Position numbers and translations under genes: made by a program. Positions 20,273-31,802 of a stretch of 64,000 bases of DNA are shown here, piece after piece. Every line of letters starts with the position of its first letter. Position 1 is the stretch's first letter. The stretch comes from an uncultured Enterobacteriaceae bacterium (GTDB taxonomy: Bacteria; Pseudomonadota; Gammaproteobacteria; Ga0077536), in contig CAZFZX010000003.1 in the NCBI GenBank assembly GCA_964523765.1, positions 762 to 64,761 on the forward strand. Reading direction: 5' to 3'. The notes beneath the pieces are model-generated. The model did no database searches, was not told the DNA's origin, and was given only the letters and a program-made list of their open reading frames with translations.

Positions 20273-21691
20273 ATGTCGACAAACGAGCGGTGGTCATTCA
20301 GCGAAAGTGTCGCTCGTATGGCGGAGCGCGCATTCGAAGGGCTTGACCTCGACACCGGGATCGCGGCCGCGATCAAAGCCTGCGACTCGGTGCTGCAAGT
20401 ACGCTTTCCCGTTGAAATCCGAGGTCGGATTGAAACCTTTACAGGTTGGCGGGCGGTACATTCGGCGCACCGCCTCCCGGTGAAAGGGGGCATTCGTTTT
20501 GCGCCCATCACGACCCAGGACGAAGTCGAGGCATTGGCGGCGTTGATGACGTACAAATGCGCCATCGTCGATGTGCCGTTCGGCGGTTCGAAAGGTGGCC
20601 TGCTGATCGACCCACGCAATTACGAACGCTCCGAAATGCAATTGATTACGCGTCGTTTTACCCGCGAATTGGCGCGTAAGGGTTTCTTGAGCCCGGCGAC
20701 CAACGTGCCCGCGCCGGATATGGGGACCGGAGAACGCGAGATGGCGTGGATGATGGACACCTACAAAACCCTGTATCCGGAAGATATCAATTACATCGCC
20801 TGCGTGACCGGTAAACCGGTCGCCCATGGCGGGATCCGCGGTCGCGTGGAGGCCACCGGCCGCGGCGTTGCTTTAGCGCTGCGCGAGTTCTTTCGCCATT
20901 CGGATGACGTCGAATCTGCCGGACTCGCCGGCGATCTGGGCGGCAAAACTATCGTCATTCAAGGGCTTGGCAACGTCGGCTACCATGCGGGAAGGATCCT
21001 GGAATGGGAGGACGGCGCCAAGATCATCGCCATCATCGAGCGCGACGGCGCGCTGATCAACGAAGAGGGCCTGAAGGTCGAATCGGTACACGAACACATC
21101 GTCGAGACCGGCGGTATCTCCGGTTTCGAAGGCGCAAAATACGTCGAAAACGGGCTGAGTGTGCTGGAATTGGAGTGCGACATTCTTCTCCCCGCCGCGC
21201 TCGAAGCACAGATCACAACCGCAAACGCGGGCGCCATCAACGCTAAGTTAATCTGTGAAGCGGCTAATGGCCCGATCACCTTCGAAGGCGACGAAATTCT
21301 CAACCAACGTGGAATTACAGTACTACCCGACGCATACGTAAATGCCGGCGGCGTCACGGTCTCGTATTTTGAGTGGATCAGAAATCTAGCGCACATCCGT
21401 TTCGGGCGCATGGAACGGCGTTACGATGAGAGGCGCGGACAACACATGGCCTCCGCCCTGGAATCGATGACCGGCAGCAAACTCCCCGAGATCGTTCGCG
21501 ACGAATTGGTACGGGGAGCAGACGAATTGGATCTAGTCCGTTCGGGACTCGACGATACGATGCGTCTTGGCTACCAGCAGATCTCGGAAGAACGCCACCG
21601 GAACGAGCGAATTTCCAATTTCCGTACGGCCGCTTATGCCGTCGCTATCAAGAAAATAGCGCGGTCCTATCTCGACATCGGCGTCTATTAA
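20273..21691 (+). CDS. gdh: glutamate dehydrogenase (Glu/Leu/Phe/Val dehydrogenase family), animal GLUD-like subtype
   Basis: 472 aa. Catalytic motif VPFGGSKGG and Rossmann motif GLGNVG. Long runs match remembered mammalian GLUD1: LMTYKCA-VDVPFGG, ITRRFT-ELA-KGF, VPAPDM-TGEREM, ACVTGKP, GGVTVSYFEW. Confidence 0.9.
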   Translation: MSTNERWSFSESVARMAERAFEGLDLDTGIAAAIKACDSVLQVRFPVEIRGRIETFTGWRAVHSAHRLPVKGGIRFAPITTQDEVEALAALMTYKCAIVDVPFGGSKGGLLIDPRNYERSEMQLITRRFTRELARKGFLSPATNVPAPDMGTGEREMAWMMDTYKTLYPEDINYIACVTGKPVAHGGIRGRVEATGRGVALALREFFRHSDDVESAGLAGDLGGKTIVIQGLGNVGYHAGRILEWEDGAKIIAIIERDGALINEEGLKVESVHEHIVETGGISGFEGAKYVENGLSVLELECDILLPAALEAQITTANAGAINAKLICEAANGPITFEGDEILNQRGITVLPDAYVNAGGVTVSYFEWIRNLAHIRFGRMERRYDERRGQHMASALESMTGSKLPEIVRDELVRGADELDLVRSGLDDTMRLGYQQISEERHRNERISNFRTAAYAVAIKKIARSYLDIGVY

Positions 21692-21796
21692 TCCCTCCGC
21701 TCTCGCAATCCATCAGCACCGGCGCAACCAGCGCCTTCGGGGCCGGGATTCCGTCGTGTTCCGGTAGCGACCGGACGCATCGATCGGCGTTTGCGG

Positions 21797-21826
21797 CTTG
21801 ATCCGTGGTGCTCCCGCCCCCATGTA
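21797..21826 (+). promoter_or_regulatory. sigma-32 (heat shock) type promoter for clpB
   Basis: CTTGAT (21797-21802), a 15-nt spacer, then CCCCATGTA (21818-21826), against the consensus CTTGAA-N13-17-CCCCATnTA. It lies about 40 nt upstream of the clpB ATG. Confidence 0.6.
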
Positions 21827-21863
21827 GTCGCAATAGACAGCTATTTGCCGGAAGGAAGTAACA

Positions 21864-24458
<2,595 letters not shown>

Positions 24459-24648
24459 ACCCGTAGCGAAGGCCTGCGGCCGTCGCCGCCGAGCCCGAAG
24501 GCCGCGCCCGGAGCCATAGCCCGCGGCAGATCGGGGCGCTAGCTACCGTTCAGAAAGCAGTGAAATTTGCCTACGCAGTAGCTATTTACCGGCTTTTCAT
24601 CTACCATTTTGGTTGGAACAGTCCCTCAGAATTAAAGGCACTAAAAGA

Positions 24649-26367
24649 ATGGCGGTATCGAGTAACCGGGTACCATTGGGTGGCCTCGCCCGAAAACTCG
24701 TGGCGGACGGTCTGCTCGAGGAGTCCTCAGCCCACGACGCATTCCAAGAGGCCGTTACCAACAAGATACCTTTCGTCAAGTATCTTGTGGATAACGAAAT
24801 CAGCTCGGCCAAAGTCATCGCCCACGCTGCGGCCCACGAGTTCGGTGTCCCGATCCTCGACATCGAAGCAATGGAGATCGACCCCGAAGTAGTAAAACTG
24901 GTCAGCGCGGAGTTGATCCAGAAACACCATGCACTTCCCCTTTTCCGGCGAGGCAATCGCGTCTACATCGGGGTGTCCGACCCGACAAACCTGCAGGCGC
25001 TCGACGAGATCAAGTTTCATATCGGCGCCAACACCGACGCGGTGGTCGTCGAGGAAGACAAACTCGCCAAGACGATTCAAGCTTCGCTCGAAGCCGCCGA
25101 GGGTGGGCTCGGAGACATCGAAGATTCCGATTTCGACAACCTCGACGACTTAGAGGTCGGCGGAGACGAACACGAGCAGGAGGACGATTCCGAGATCGAT
25201 GATGCCCCGGTTGTCCGTTTCGTCAACAAGGTGTTGCTGGACGCGATCAAGAAGGGTGCTTCGGACTTGCATTTCGAGCCCTATGAGAAGAGTTATCGCG
25301 TCCGGTTTCGCATCGACGGCGTGCTCGAAGAAATCGCCAAACCTCCGTTGGCGCTGTCGGCGAAGATCGCAGCTAGAATCAAGGTCATGTCAAGGCTCGA
25401 CGTCTCCGAGCGGCGCGTTCCGCAGGATGGACGCATCAAGCTGAAGCTGTCAAAAACCAAGTCAATCGATTTTCGCGTCAGCACCTGCCCGACGTTGTTC
25501 GGAGAAAAGTCGGTGATGCGTATCCTGGACTCGGATGCCGCGAAGCTGCAGATCGACCAACTCGGCTACGAAGATTTCCAAAAGGAATTATTTTTAAAGA
25601 ACTTGCACAAGCCTTACGGCATGTTCCTGGTCACAGGGCCGACCGGCAGCGGCAAGACCGTGTCGTTGTACACCGGTATCAACATATTGAACCAGGGGGA
25701 AATCAACATTTCGACCGCCGAAGATCCGGTGGAAATCAACTTGGCGGGAGTCAATCAGGTTCAGGTCGACGAACGCACGGGGATGACGTTTCCGAAGGCC
25801 TTGAAAGCGTTTCTGCGCCAGGACCCGGATATTATCCTCGTCGGCGAGATCCGTGATCTCGAAACCGCCTCGATCGGCGTCAAGGCCGCGCAGACCGGCC
25901 ATATGGTGATGTCCACTTTGCACACGAATGACGGTCCTCAGACCTTGACCCGACTCCAAGACATGGGAATTCAACCGTTCGCGGTGGCGACGACGATCAA
26001 CCTGATCACCGGGCAGCGGCTCGCACGCCGCTTGCACCCGGACTATCGCGTACCGCTGGAAATGCCGCCGGACGCGTTGCTTGATGAAGGCTTCACCCAG
26101 GAGGAAATCGATGCCGGTGTAAAACTGTTCTCGCCCGGCGACGGCGGTATCGACTGTCCCAGCGGCTACAAAGGACGCTGTGGAATCTATCAGGTCATGC
26201 CGATTTCTGATGCAATGAAGCGGTTGATTATCGAGGGTGCCAATGCCGTTCAGCTAGCCGATCAATCGGCGGAGGAAGGGATTTGGGATATCCGCAAATC
26301 CGGTCTGGCAAAGGCGCGGACAGGCGTCACCAGCCTCGCGGAAATCAACCGCGTGACACTGGAGTAA
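24649..26367 (+). CDS. pilB: type IV pilus assembly ATPase PilB
   Basis: GspE-family. Walker A GPTGSGKT, an Asp box, a His box and an N-terminal T2SSE_N domain. The tracked ORF begins at TTG 24613; ATG 24649 (MAVSSNRVPLGGLARKL) aligns with Pseudomonas PilB. Confidence 0.93.
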   Translation: MAVSSNRVPLGGLARKLVADGLLEESSAHDAFQEAVTNKIPFVKYLVDNEISSAKVIAHAAAHEFGVPILDIEAMEIDPEVVKLVSAELIQKHHALPLFRRGNRVYIGVSDPTNLQALDEIKFHIGANTDAVVVEEDKLAKTIQASLEAAEGGLGDIEDSDFDNLDDLEVGGDEHEQEDDSEIDDAPVVRFVNKVLLDAIKKGASDLHFEPYEKSYRVRFRIDGVLEEIAKPPLALSAKIAARIKVMSRLDVSERRVPQDGRIKLKLSKTKSIDFRVSTCPTLFGEKSVMRILDSDAAKLQIDQLGYEDFQKELFLKNLHKPYGMFLVTGPTGSGKTVSLYTGINILNQGEINISTAEDPVEINLAGVNQVQVDERTGMTFPKALKAFLRQDPDIILVGEIRDLETASIGVKAAQTGHMVMSTLHTNDGPQTLTRLQDMGIQPFAVATTINLITGQRLARRLHPDYRVPLEMPPDALLDEGFTQEEIDAGVKLFSPGDGGIDCPSGYKGRCGIYQVMPISDAMKRLIIEGANAVQLADQSAEEGIWDIRKSGLAKARTGVTSLAEINRVTLE

Positions 26368-26370
26368 AGC

Positions 26371-27588
26371 ATGGCCGAAGCAGCAGTAAAATCAGACATG
26401 TTCGTCTGGGAAGGCGTCGACCGCCACGGCAAGAGAGTCAAGGGCGAGATGTCGGGCAAAAACGACTCGCTCGTGAAAGCTACGTTGCGCCGTCAGGGCG
26501 TCAACCCGCTAAAGGTCAAGAAAAAGCCCAAAGCGTTATTTTCCTCCGGAGGCAAAATCACGAGCAAAGACATTACCGTTTTTTCACGCCAATTGGCGAC
26601 GATGATGTCCTCCGGCGTTCCGCTGGTTCAGTCCTTCGAGATCGTCGGCCGCGGCCACGAAAACAAGGCCATGCAGGACCTCATTCTTACGGTAAAGGGC
26701 GATATCGAATCGGGAACGGCCTTGAACGAAGCCCTCGGTAAGCATCCTCAACAGTTCAACGAACTTTACGTGAATCTCGTAACCGCAGGTGAACACGCCG
26801 GTATCCTCGAGGAGATTCTCCACAAACTCGCAACCTACATGGAGAAAACCGAGGCGCTGAAATCGAAGATTAAGGGTGCACTTTTCTATCCGATCGCGGT
26901 TATCGCCGTCGCATTCGTGATCACGTGTATCTTGATGATCTTCGTGGTCCCGCAGTTTCAAGAGATGTTTTCCGGTTTCGGCGCCGATCTGCCCGCGCTG
27001 ACGGCTATGGTTGTCAGGATGTCGAATTGGTTCGTCGAGTATTGGTGGTTGATGTTCGGGATAATCATTGGAACCGTGGTCGCTATCATCCAGATGAAAA
27101 AGCGGTCTTTGCGGTTTGCTCATTTCCTCGATCGCCTGTCGCTGAAGATCCCCGTTATCGGCGATATCCTGGAGAAATCCGCCATCGCACGTTTCGCGCG
27201 AACCTTGGCCACGATGTTCGCGGCCGGGACCCCGCTCGTCGAAGCGATGACCTCGGTGGCCGGCGCGTGCGGAAACAGCGTTTTCTATGACGCGACGTTG
27301 AAGATGCGCGATGAAATAGCGACCGGCACCCAGCTCCAAGTCAGTATGCGAGATGTTAATCTGTTCCCCAACATGGTAGTTCAGATGGTCGCGATCGGCG
27401 AAGAATCGGGCGCGCTCGACTCCATGCTCAGTAAAGTCGCCGACTGGTATGAACAAGAAGTGGACGACGCGGTGGATGCGCTGACAAGCCTGCTGGAACC
27501 ATTGATCATGGCCGTACTGGGCGTCATTATCGGCGGCCTCGTCGTCGCCATGTACCTACCGATATTCAAGATGGGCCAAGTGGTCTGA
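26371..27588 (+). CDS. pilC: type IV pilus platform protein PilC
   Basis: 405 aa with a duplicated GspF-type domain and three TM segments. It begins 3 nt after pilB. Confidence 0.93.
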   Translation: MAEAAVKSDMFVWEGVDRHGKRVKGEMSGKNDSLVKATLRRQGVNPLKVKKKPKALFSSGGKITSKDITVFSRQLATMMSSGVPLVQSFEIVGRGHENKAMQDLILTVKGDIESGTALNEALGKHPQQFNELYVNLVTAGEHAGILEEILHKLATYMEKTEALKSKIKGALFYPIAVIAVAFVITCILMIFVVPQFQEMFSGFGADLPALTAMVVRMSNWFVEYWWLMFGIIIGTVVAIIQMKKRSLRFAHFLDRLSLKIPVIGDILEKSAIARFARTLATMFAAGTPLVEAMTSVAGACGNSVFYDATLKMRDEIATGTQLQVSMRDVNLFPNMVVQMVAIGEESGALDSMLSKVADWYEQEVDDAVDALTSLLEPLIMAVLGVIIGGLVVAMYLPIFKMGQVV

Positions 27589-27711
27589 TCAAAACGGCTG
27601 CGGCGATACCTTCGAAGTATCGCGAACGAAAGATCGATGGGATCCCGATGAATGTAGGGTTCGCCGCGTGAGTTCGCCGGATCGCTCACGCGCGCGGCCC
27701 GCAAGAGACGG

Positions 27712-28611
27712 TTGCGGTACCGACATCGGCAGGTCACCTACTTGATCGAACTTCTTGAAACGTCGCCAGTATTCTTCGCGGTCGCCGCCGGCTTGCTGGG
27801 ACTCGTGGTTGGGAGCTTCCTGAACGTTGTCATAGTCCGCCTGCCGGTGATGATGGAACGCGAGTGGAAAAGCGAATGCTCGGTACTGCTCGGAACCGCG
27901 CAAGACACAGAGCCGGCCGAGGTGTTCAATCTCATGGTTCCCCGGTCGCGTTGCCCGAGCTGCGCTCACCAGATCACAGCGCTGGAGAATATTCCTATCC
28001 TGAGTTACCTCGTCCTCGGCGGCAAATGCCGCGGTTGCTCAGCGCCTATCTCGATCCGGTACCCGCTGATCGAATCATTGAGTGGCTTGGCGGCGGTCGT
28101 CGTTGCGATGCACTTCGGTTTTGGCGCCGCCGCGGCGTGTGCTTTGGCGCTATCCTGGGCTCTGATCGCTCTTGCCGCGATCGACGTCGATACGCAACTG
28201 CTTCCTGACGCGATTACGCAGCCGCTGTTATGGGCCGGGCTGCTAGCGAATTGTTTCGGTGTTTTCGTGGGTTTGGCAGATGCGGTGTTCGGTGCAATTT
28301 TCGGCTACCTTGCTCTATGGATCGTGTTCTGGGGTTTCAAACTCGCAACGGGTAAAGATGGGATGGGTTACGGCGACTTCAAGCTTCTTGCCCTCCTGGG
28401 AGCCTGGCTCGGCTGGCAGGTGTTACCGGTAATAGTCGTCATCTCTTCTGTCGTGGGAGCATGCTTTGGCGTTGCGCTAATGGTGTTCTGGTCCCACGAC
28501 CGGTCGAAACCGATCCCGTTTGGTCCTTACCTGGCGGTCGCAGGGTGGATCGCACTGTTGTGGGGCGACGAGATCGCCGGGCGATTTCTTTACGGCTCCG
28601 GCCCGCTGTGA
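27712..28611 (+). CDS. pilD: prepilin peptidase / N-methyltransferase PilD
   Basis: Motifs LVVGSFLNVV, the Cys cluster CPSC...CRGC, and the active-site region GMGYGDFKL. There is no ATG; the start is TTG at 27712 or TTG at 27742. Confidence 0.92.
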   Translation: MRYRHRQVTYLIELLETSPVFFAVAAGLLGLVVGSFLNVVIVRLPVMMEREWKSECSVLLGTAQDTEPAEVFNLMVPRSRCPSCAHQITALENIPILSYLVLGGKCRGCSAPISIRYPLIESLSGLAAVVVAMHFGFGAAAACALALSWALIALAAIDVDTQLLPDAITQPLLWAGLLANCFGVFVGLADAVFGAIFGYLALWIVFWGFKLATGKDGMGYGDFKLLALLGAWLGWQVLPVIVVISSVVGACFGVALMVFWSHDRSKPIPFGPYLAVAGWIALLWGDEIAGRFLYGSGPL

Positions 28612-29282
28612 GCGGCGAATTCGTAGTCGGCTTAACCGGCGGAATCGGGGCCGGCAAATCGGCCGTCTGTCGTGAATTCGAGCGTTTGGCGGTACCGATT
28701 ATCGACGCCGATATCGTAGCGAGGGAAGTCGTGGCGCCCGGCGCCGCGGGCTTGGGGGAAGTCGTCTCGGCGTTCGGCCCCGACATTCTGAATACCGACG
28801 GGTCCATCGATCGCAGCAAACTACGGCAAAAGGTGTTCGAAAATGACGGCGAGCGCGCCCGGCTCGAAGCAATTCTCCATCCACGGATCCGGGCGCGGAT
28901 AAGCGACCACTTGTCGGCCGTTGAATCACCCTACTGCATTCTCTGCGTCCCGCTCTTAGTCGAGCGAGGCGGCTACAAAAACGTAGATCGCATTCTCGTG
29001 ATTGACTGCCCGACCGAGATGCAGATAACGCGGGTGATGAAACGAGACAAGTTGACACGCATACAAGTCGAAGCAATTATGCGTAGCCAGGCTACGCGCG
29101 AAGTGCGGTTGGAACTCGCCGACGACGTCATCGAAAACGCGGCTCCCGTACAAGAACTGAGGGCGCAGGTTGAAGCCCTCCACGCAGAATACTCAAAAAT
29201 CGCAGACAAACTAAAGCAAGAGCATCAGTCGAATGCAAAGCACGGGCAGCGGAGCGCAAAGTACCCTGTTTCCGGAGGTTGA
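28608..29282 (+). CDS. coaE: dephospho-CoA kinase
   Basis: P-loop VGLTGGIGAGKS right after GTG 28608, which overlaps the pilD stop (GTGA). The tracked ORF (from 28461) is an N-terminal over-extension inside pilD. Confidence 0.9.
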   Translation: MSGEFVVGLTGGIGAGKSAVCREFERLAVPIIDADIVAREVVAPGAAGLGEVVSAFGPDILNTDGSIDRSKLRQKVFENDGERARLEAILHPRIRARISDHLSAVESPYCILCVPLLVERGGYKNVDRILVIDCPTEMQITRVMKRDKLTRIQVEAIMRSQATREVRLELADDVIENAAPVQELRAQVEALHAEYSKIADKLKQEHQSNAKHGQRSAKYPVSGG

Positions 29283-30048
29283 TACCTTTACGGTATACGA
29301 ACAGCCGCTGAATGAGCGGGTCCGCAACTGCCTGCGGCTGGAACATCTATTCGACGCTATCACAGATGGGCTGGAAGGTGATACGCAGTGGCACGCCCGG
29401 GCCGCGATTGTCGGAATACTCGAAGTAAGCGACTTGCTCACGCGAGCCGATATCAAAGGCGAATTGATCAAGGAACTCGAGCGTCATTTGTCCAAAATCT
29501 CCTCGCTGCGAGGCAATCCTGGGGTCGAGCAAACGGCGCTCGAAGATGTTGTGGCCGCCGTCGCCCCCCTCGTCTCGCGGCTGAAATCCCGCGACTGCCA
29601 CCCCGGTGCAACGATTCGTGGAGATGAACTCATCGGTCAAGTGAAGCAGCGGATTGCAATCCCGGGAGGCGCCTGCAATTTTGATCTGCCGGCCTTCCAC
29701 CGTTGGCTTTCTATCCCATCACAGGAGCGAGCCGCGCACTTTGAGCACTGGTTGTCCGACCTTAATATCGTGAATAGTTCGGTCGTGCAGGTTCTGGAGC
29801 TGATGCGCCAAAGCTCGACGCCTCGACAGGTCTCTGCTGAAAACGGGCTTTATCAGCAGCAACTCGAGCCTGCTTCGCAGTGCCAACTAATCAGGTTGTC
29901 TCTGAATGACACTCTCGACACGTTTCCTGAAATAAGCGGCGGGAAGCATCGTTTCGTGATTCGCTTTTTTAGGCAGCCGGATACGGCAGCGCGACCAACG
30001 CAAGTGCAGGAATCAATATCTTTTGAACTGCAATGTTGTGGGTTTTAG
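29233..30048 (+). CDS. zapD: cell division protein ZapD
   Basis: 271 aa. Motifs YEQPLNERVRNCLRLEHLF and IPGGACNFDLPAFHRWL, with C-terminal FELQCC as in E. coli ZapD. The only ATG overlaps coaE by 50 nt, so the exact start is uncertain. Confidence 0.85.
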   Translation: MQSTGSGAQSTLFPEVDTFTVYEQPLNERVRNCLRLEHLFDAITDGLEGDTQWHARAAIVGILEVSDLLTRADIKGELIKELERHLSKISSLRGNPGVEQTALEDVVAAVAPLVSRLKSRDCHPGATIRGDELIGQVKQRIAIPGGACNFDLPAFHRWLSIPSQERAAHFEHWLSDLNIVNSSVVQVLELMRQSSTPRQVSAENGLYQQQLEPASQCQLIRLSLNDTLDTFPEISGGKHRFVIRFFRQPDTAARPTQVQESISFELQCCGF

Positions 30049-30075
30049 GGGCAGTATTAGCCGCCGCGATCGAAC

Positions 30076-30483
30076 CTAATACCGATTCAACGCATCGACG
30101 ACCGCGCCGTTGGCAGCAGGAAAGTCGTAGCGGTGCAGTTCGCGCGGGGACACCCACTGGATGCGCTGACCCATCAAACCCTTTTCCTGACCCCCCCAGA
30201 TCGAAATCTCCCAAACGTCCAGGTCGATGATCTTGTCGTGATAGTCATGCGTCACACGTACCAACGGAACCCCGCACGTAATCTCGATATTGAGTTCTTC
30301 TTTCAGTTCTCGCGCCAAAGCAGCATATCGACCTTCGCCGTGTTCGCGTTTACCCCCTGGAAACTCCCACAGACCACCGTGATCGAGGTGGCGCGGCCGC
30401 AAGCAAATGAGGACCCTGCGGTCGGCCCGCCGAAGTACACCGGCTACGACCTCGACAGGAGCTCCGGGTAAATTAATTACCAC
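30076..30483 (-). CDS. mutT: 8-oxo-dGTP diphosphatase (NUDIX)
   Basis: 135 aa with the Nudix box GGLWEFPGGKREHGEGRYAALARELKEELNI. It sits beside secA/coaE as in E. coli. Confidence 0.85.
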   Translation of the reverse strand: MVINLPGAPVEVVAGVLRRADRRVLICLRPRHLDHGGLWEFPGGKREHGEGRYAALARELKEELNIEITCGVPLVRVTHDYHDKIIDLDVWEISIWGGQEKGLMGQRIQWVSPRELHRYDFPAANGAVVDALNRY

Positions 30484-30568
30484 GGCTTGCCCCTACCGCC
30501 TGGAACGGAATGTGCCGACGAGGAACCTGAAAGAAAAATCGGTCGTTCAGCAACGGCGATTCCGGCTA

Positions 30569-31786
30569 TCAGGAACGGTATTCCGCATTTATTCGAACGT
30601 ATTCGTACGACAAATCGCAAGTCCAGACGCTGGCGCCGACGCTACCGTTTCCGATCGCTATGTGCAAAACGATATCTTCTTGCGCCATGATTTCTGCAGC
30701 CACGGGTTCGTCATACCCTTCGATCGGTTCGCCGTTCTCGACGATTTGATAATCGCCCAGCCAAATTGAAACATCCCGTACTTCCATAGCACTAACCGGG
30801 GCTCGACCAACCGCTGCAAGGATCCTTCCCCAATTCGGATCGCCCGCGAACAGCGCCGTTTTTACCAACGGCGATTGCGCGACGGTATTGGCGACCGCGA
30901 GACTATCCGTCTCCGATGCGCTTTCTACCGAGATTTCGACAAATTTCGTCGCGCCCTCTCCATCGCGCACGATCGATCTCGCAAGACGCTGGCAGACTCT
31001 ACTGATACCGCCGATTACCGCAGACCAATGAGAATGCCGCGGAGTCAACGACTGCCCGTCCGAAACCCGTTTGGTCGCAGCGAGAACACAGGCGTCGTTG
31101 GTCGAGGTGTCGCCATCGACAGTGATTCGATTGAATGACTGATTCACACAATCAGTCAAAACGCCTTTAAGAAGTTCTGCCTCCACGTCGGCGTCGGTCG
31201 CGATGAAGGCCAACATTGTCGCCATGTTCGGATGGATCATGCCCGACCCTTTGGCCATACCCGTGATCGAATAGCTGACGCCGTCGATCGTAACCCGCAC
31301 CGAACAATATTTTGCAACCGTGTCGGTCGTCATTATTGCCGTAGCGGCATCCTGCCACCGCTTGGAAGCCAAGCCGGCAAACAACTCCGGGACCACAGCG
31401 ATGATCTTGGCACAATCCAAGCGTTCGCCGATGACACCGGTCGAAAACGGTAGCACTTCGTGATCGGAGCAACCGGCAATACGCGCGAGCTCGGCGACTA
31501 TCGCGCGCGCGTCGGCAACGCCTTTCGCGCCGGTCCCGGCATTCGCGTTTCCGGAATTGAAAAGGAGAAACCTAGGCCTGGCAGTGGCGATGTGCTCACG
31601 AGCTACAATCACCGGAGCTGCACAGAACTTATTTTGGGTAAATACCGCGGTTGTTTCCGCTTTCGGGCAAAGTTCTACCAGTGCCAAATCGTCGCGCCCC
31701 ACGCTGCGGATCCCCGCCGCTGCGGAAGCCAAGCGTACGCCGTCGATGGCCAGCGGCTGGTCTACTTCAGCGAACTCGGCCTTCAA
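30569..31786 (-). CDS. argJ: bifunctional glutamate N-acetyltransferase / amino-acid acetyltransferase
   Basis: 405 aa with the autoprocessing site MATMLAFIATDA. It is immediately downstream of secA as in Pseudomonas. Confidence 0.93.
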   Translation of the reverse strand: MKAEFAEVDQPLAIDGVRLASAAAGIRSVGRDDLALVELCPKAETTAVFTQNKFCAAPVIVAREHIATARPRFLLFNSGNANAGTGAKGVADARAIVAELARIAGCSDHEVLPFSTGVIGERLDCAKIIAVVPELFAGLASKRWQDAATAIMTTDTVAKYCSVRVTIDGVSYSITGMAKGSGMIHPNMATMLAFIATDADVEAELLKGVLTDCVNQSFNRITVDGDTSTNDACVLAATKRVSDGQSLTPRHSHWSAVIGGISRVCQRLARSIVRDGEGATKFVEISVESASETDSLAVANTVAQSPLVKTALFAGDPNWGRILAAVGRAPVSAMEVRDVSIWLGDYQIVENGEPIEGYDEPVAAEIMAQEDIVLHIAIGNGSVGASVWTCDLSYEYVRINAEYRS

Positions 31787-31802
31787 TCAAGGCTCTCCGC
31801 GG

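Noticed and set aside
24459-24612. Short GC-rich hairpins after clpB (ggcc-tgc-ggcc; gccgcg...cgcggc), considered as a possible terminator or REP-like element
   Set aside because: The stems are only 4 to 6 bp with no T-tract, and I saw no repetition elsewhere in the window. The evidence is insufficient.
30033-30230. 65-aa plus-strand ORF after zapD, considered as a possible yacG (gyrase inhibitor). yacG follows zapD in E. coli
   Set aside because: It has no CxxC...CxxC zinc-finger pattern, it is Pro/Arg-rich, and it lies antisense to the well-supported mutT gene. yacG appears simply absent from this locus.
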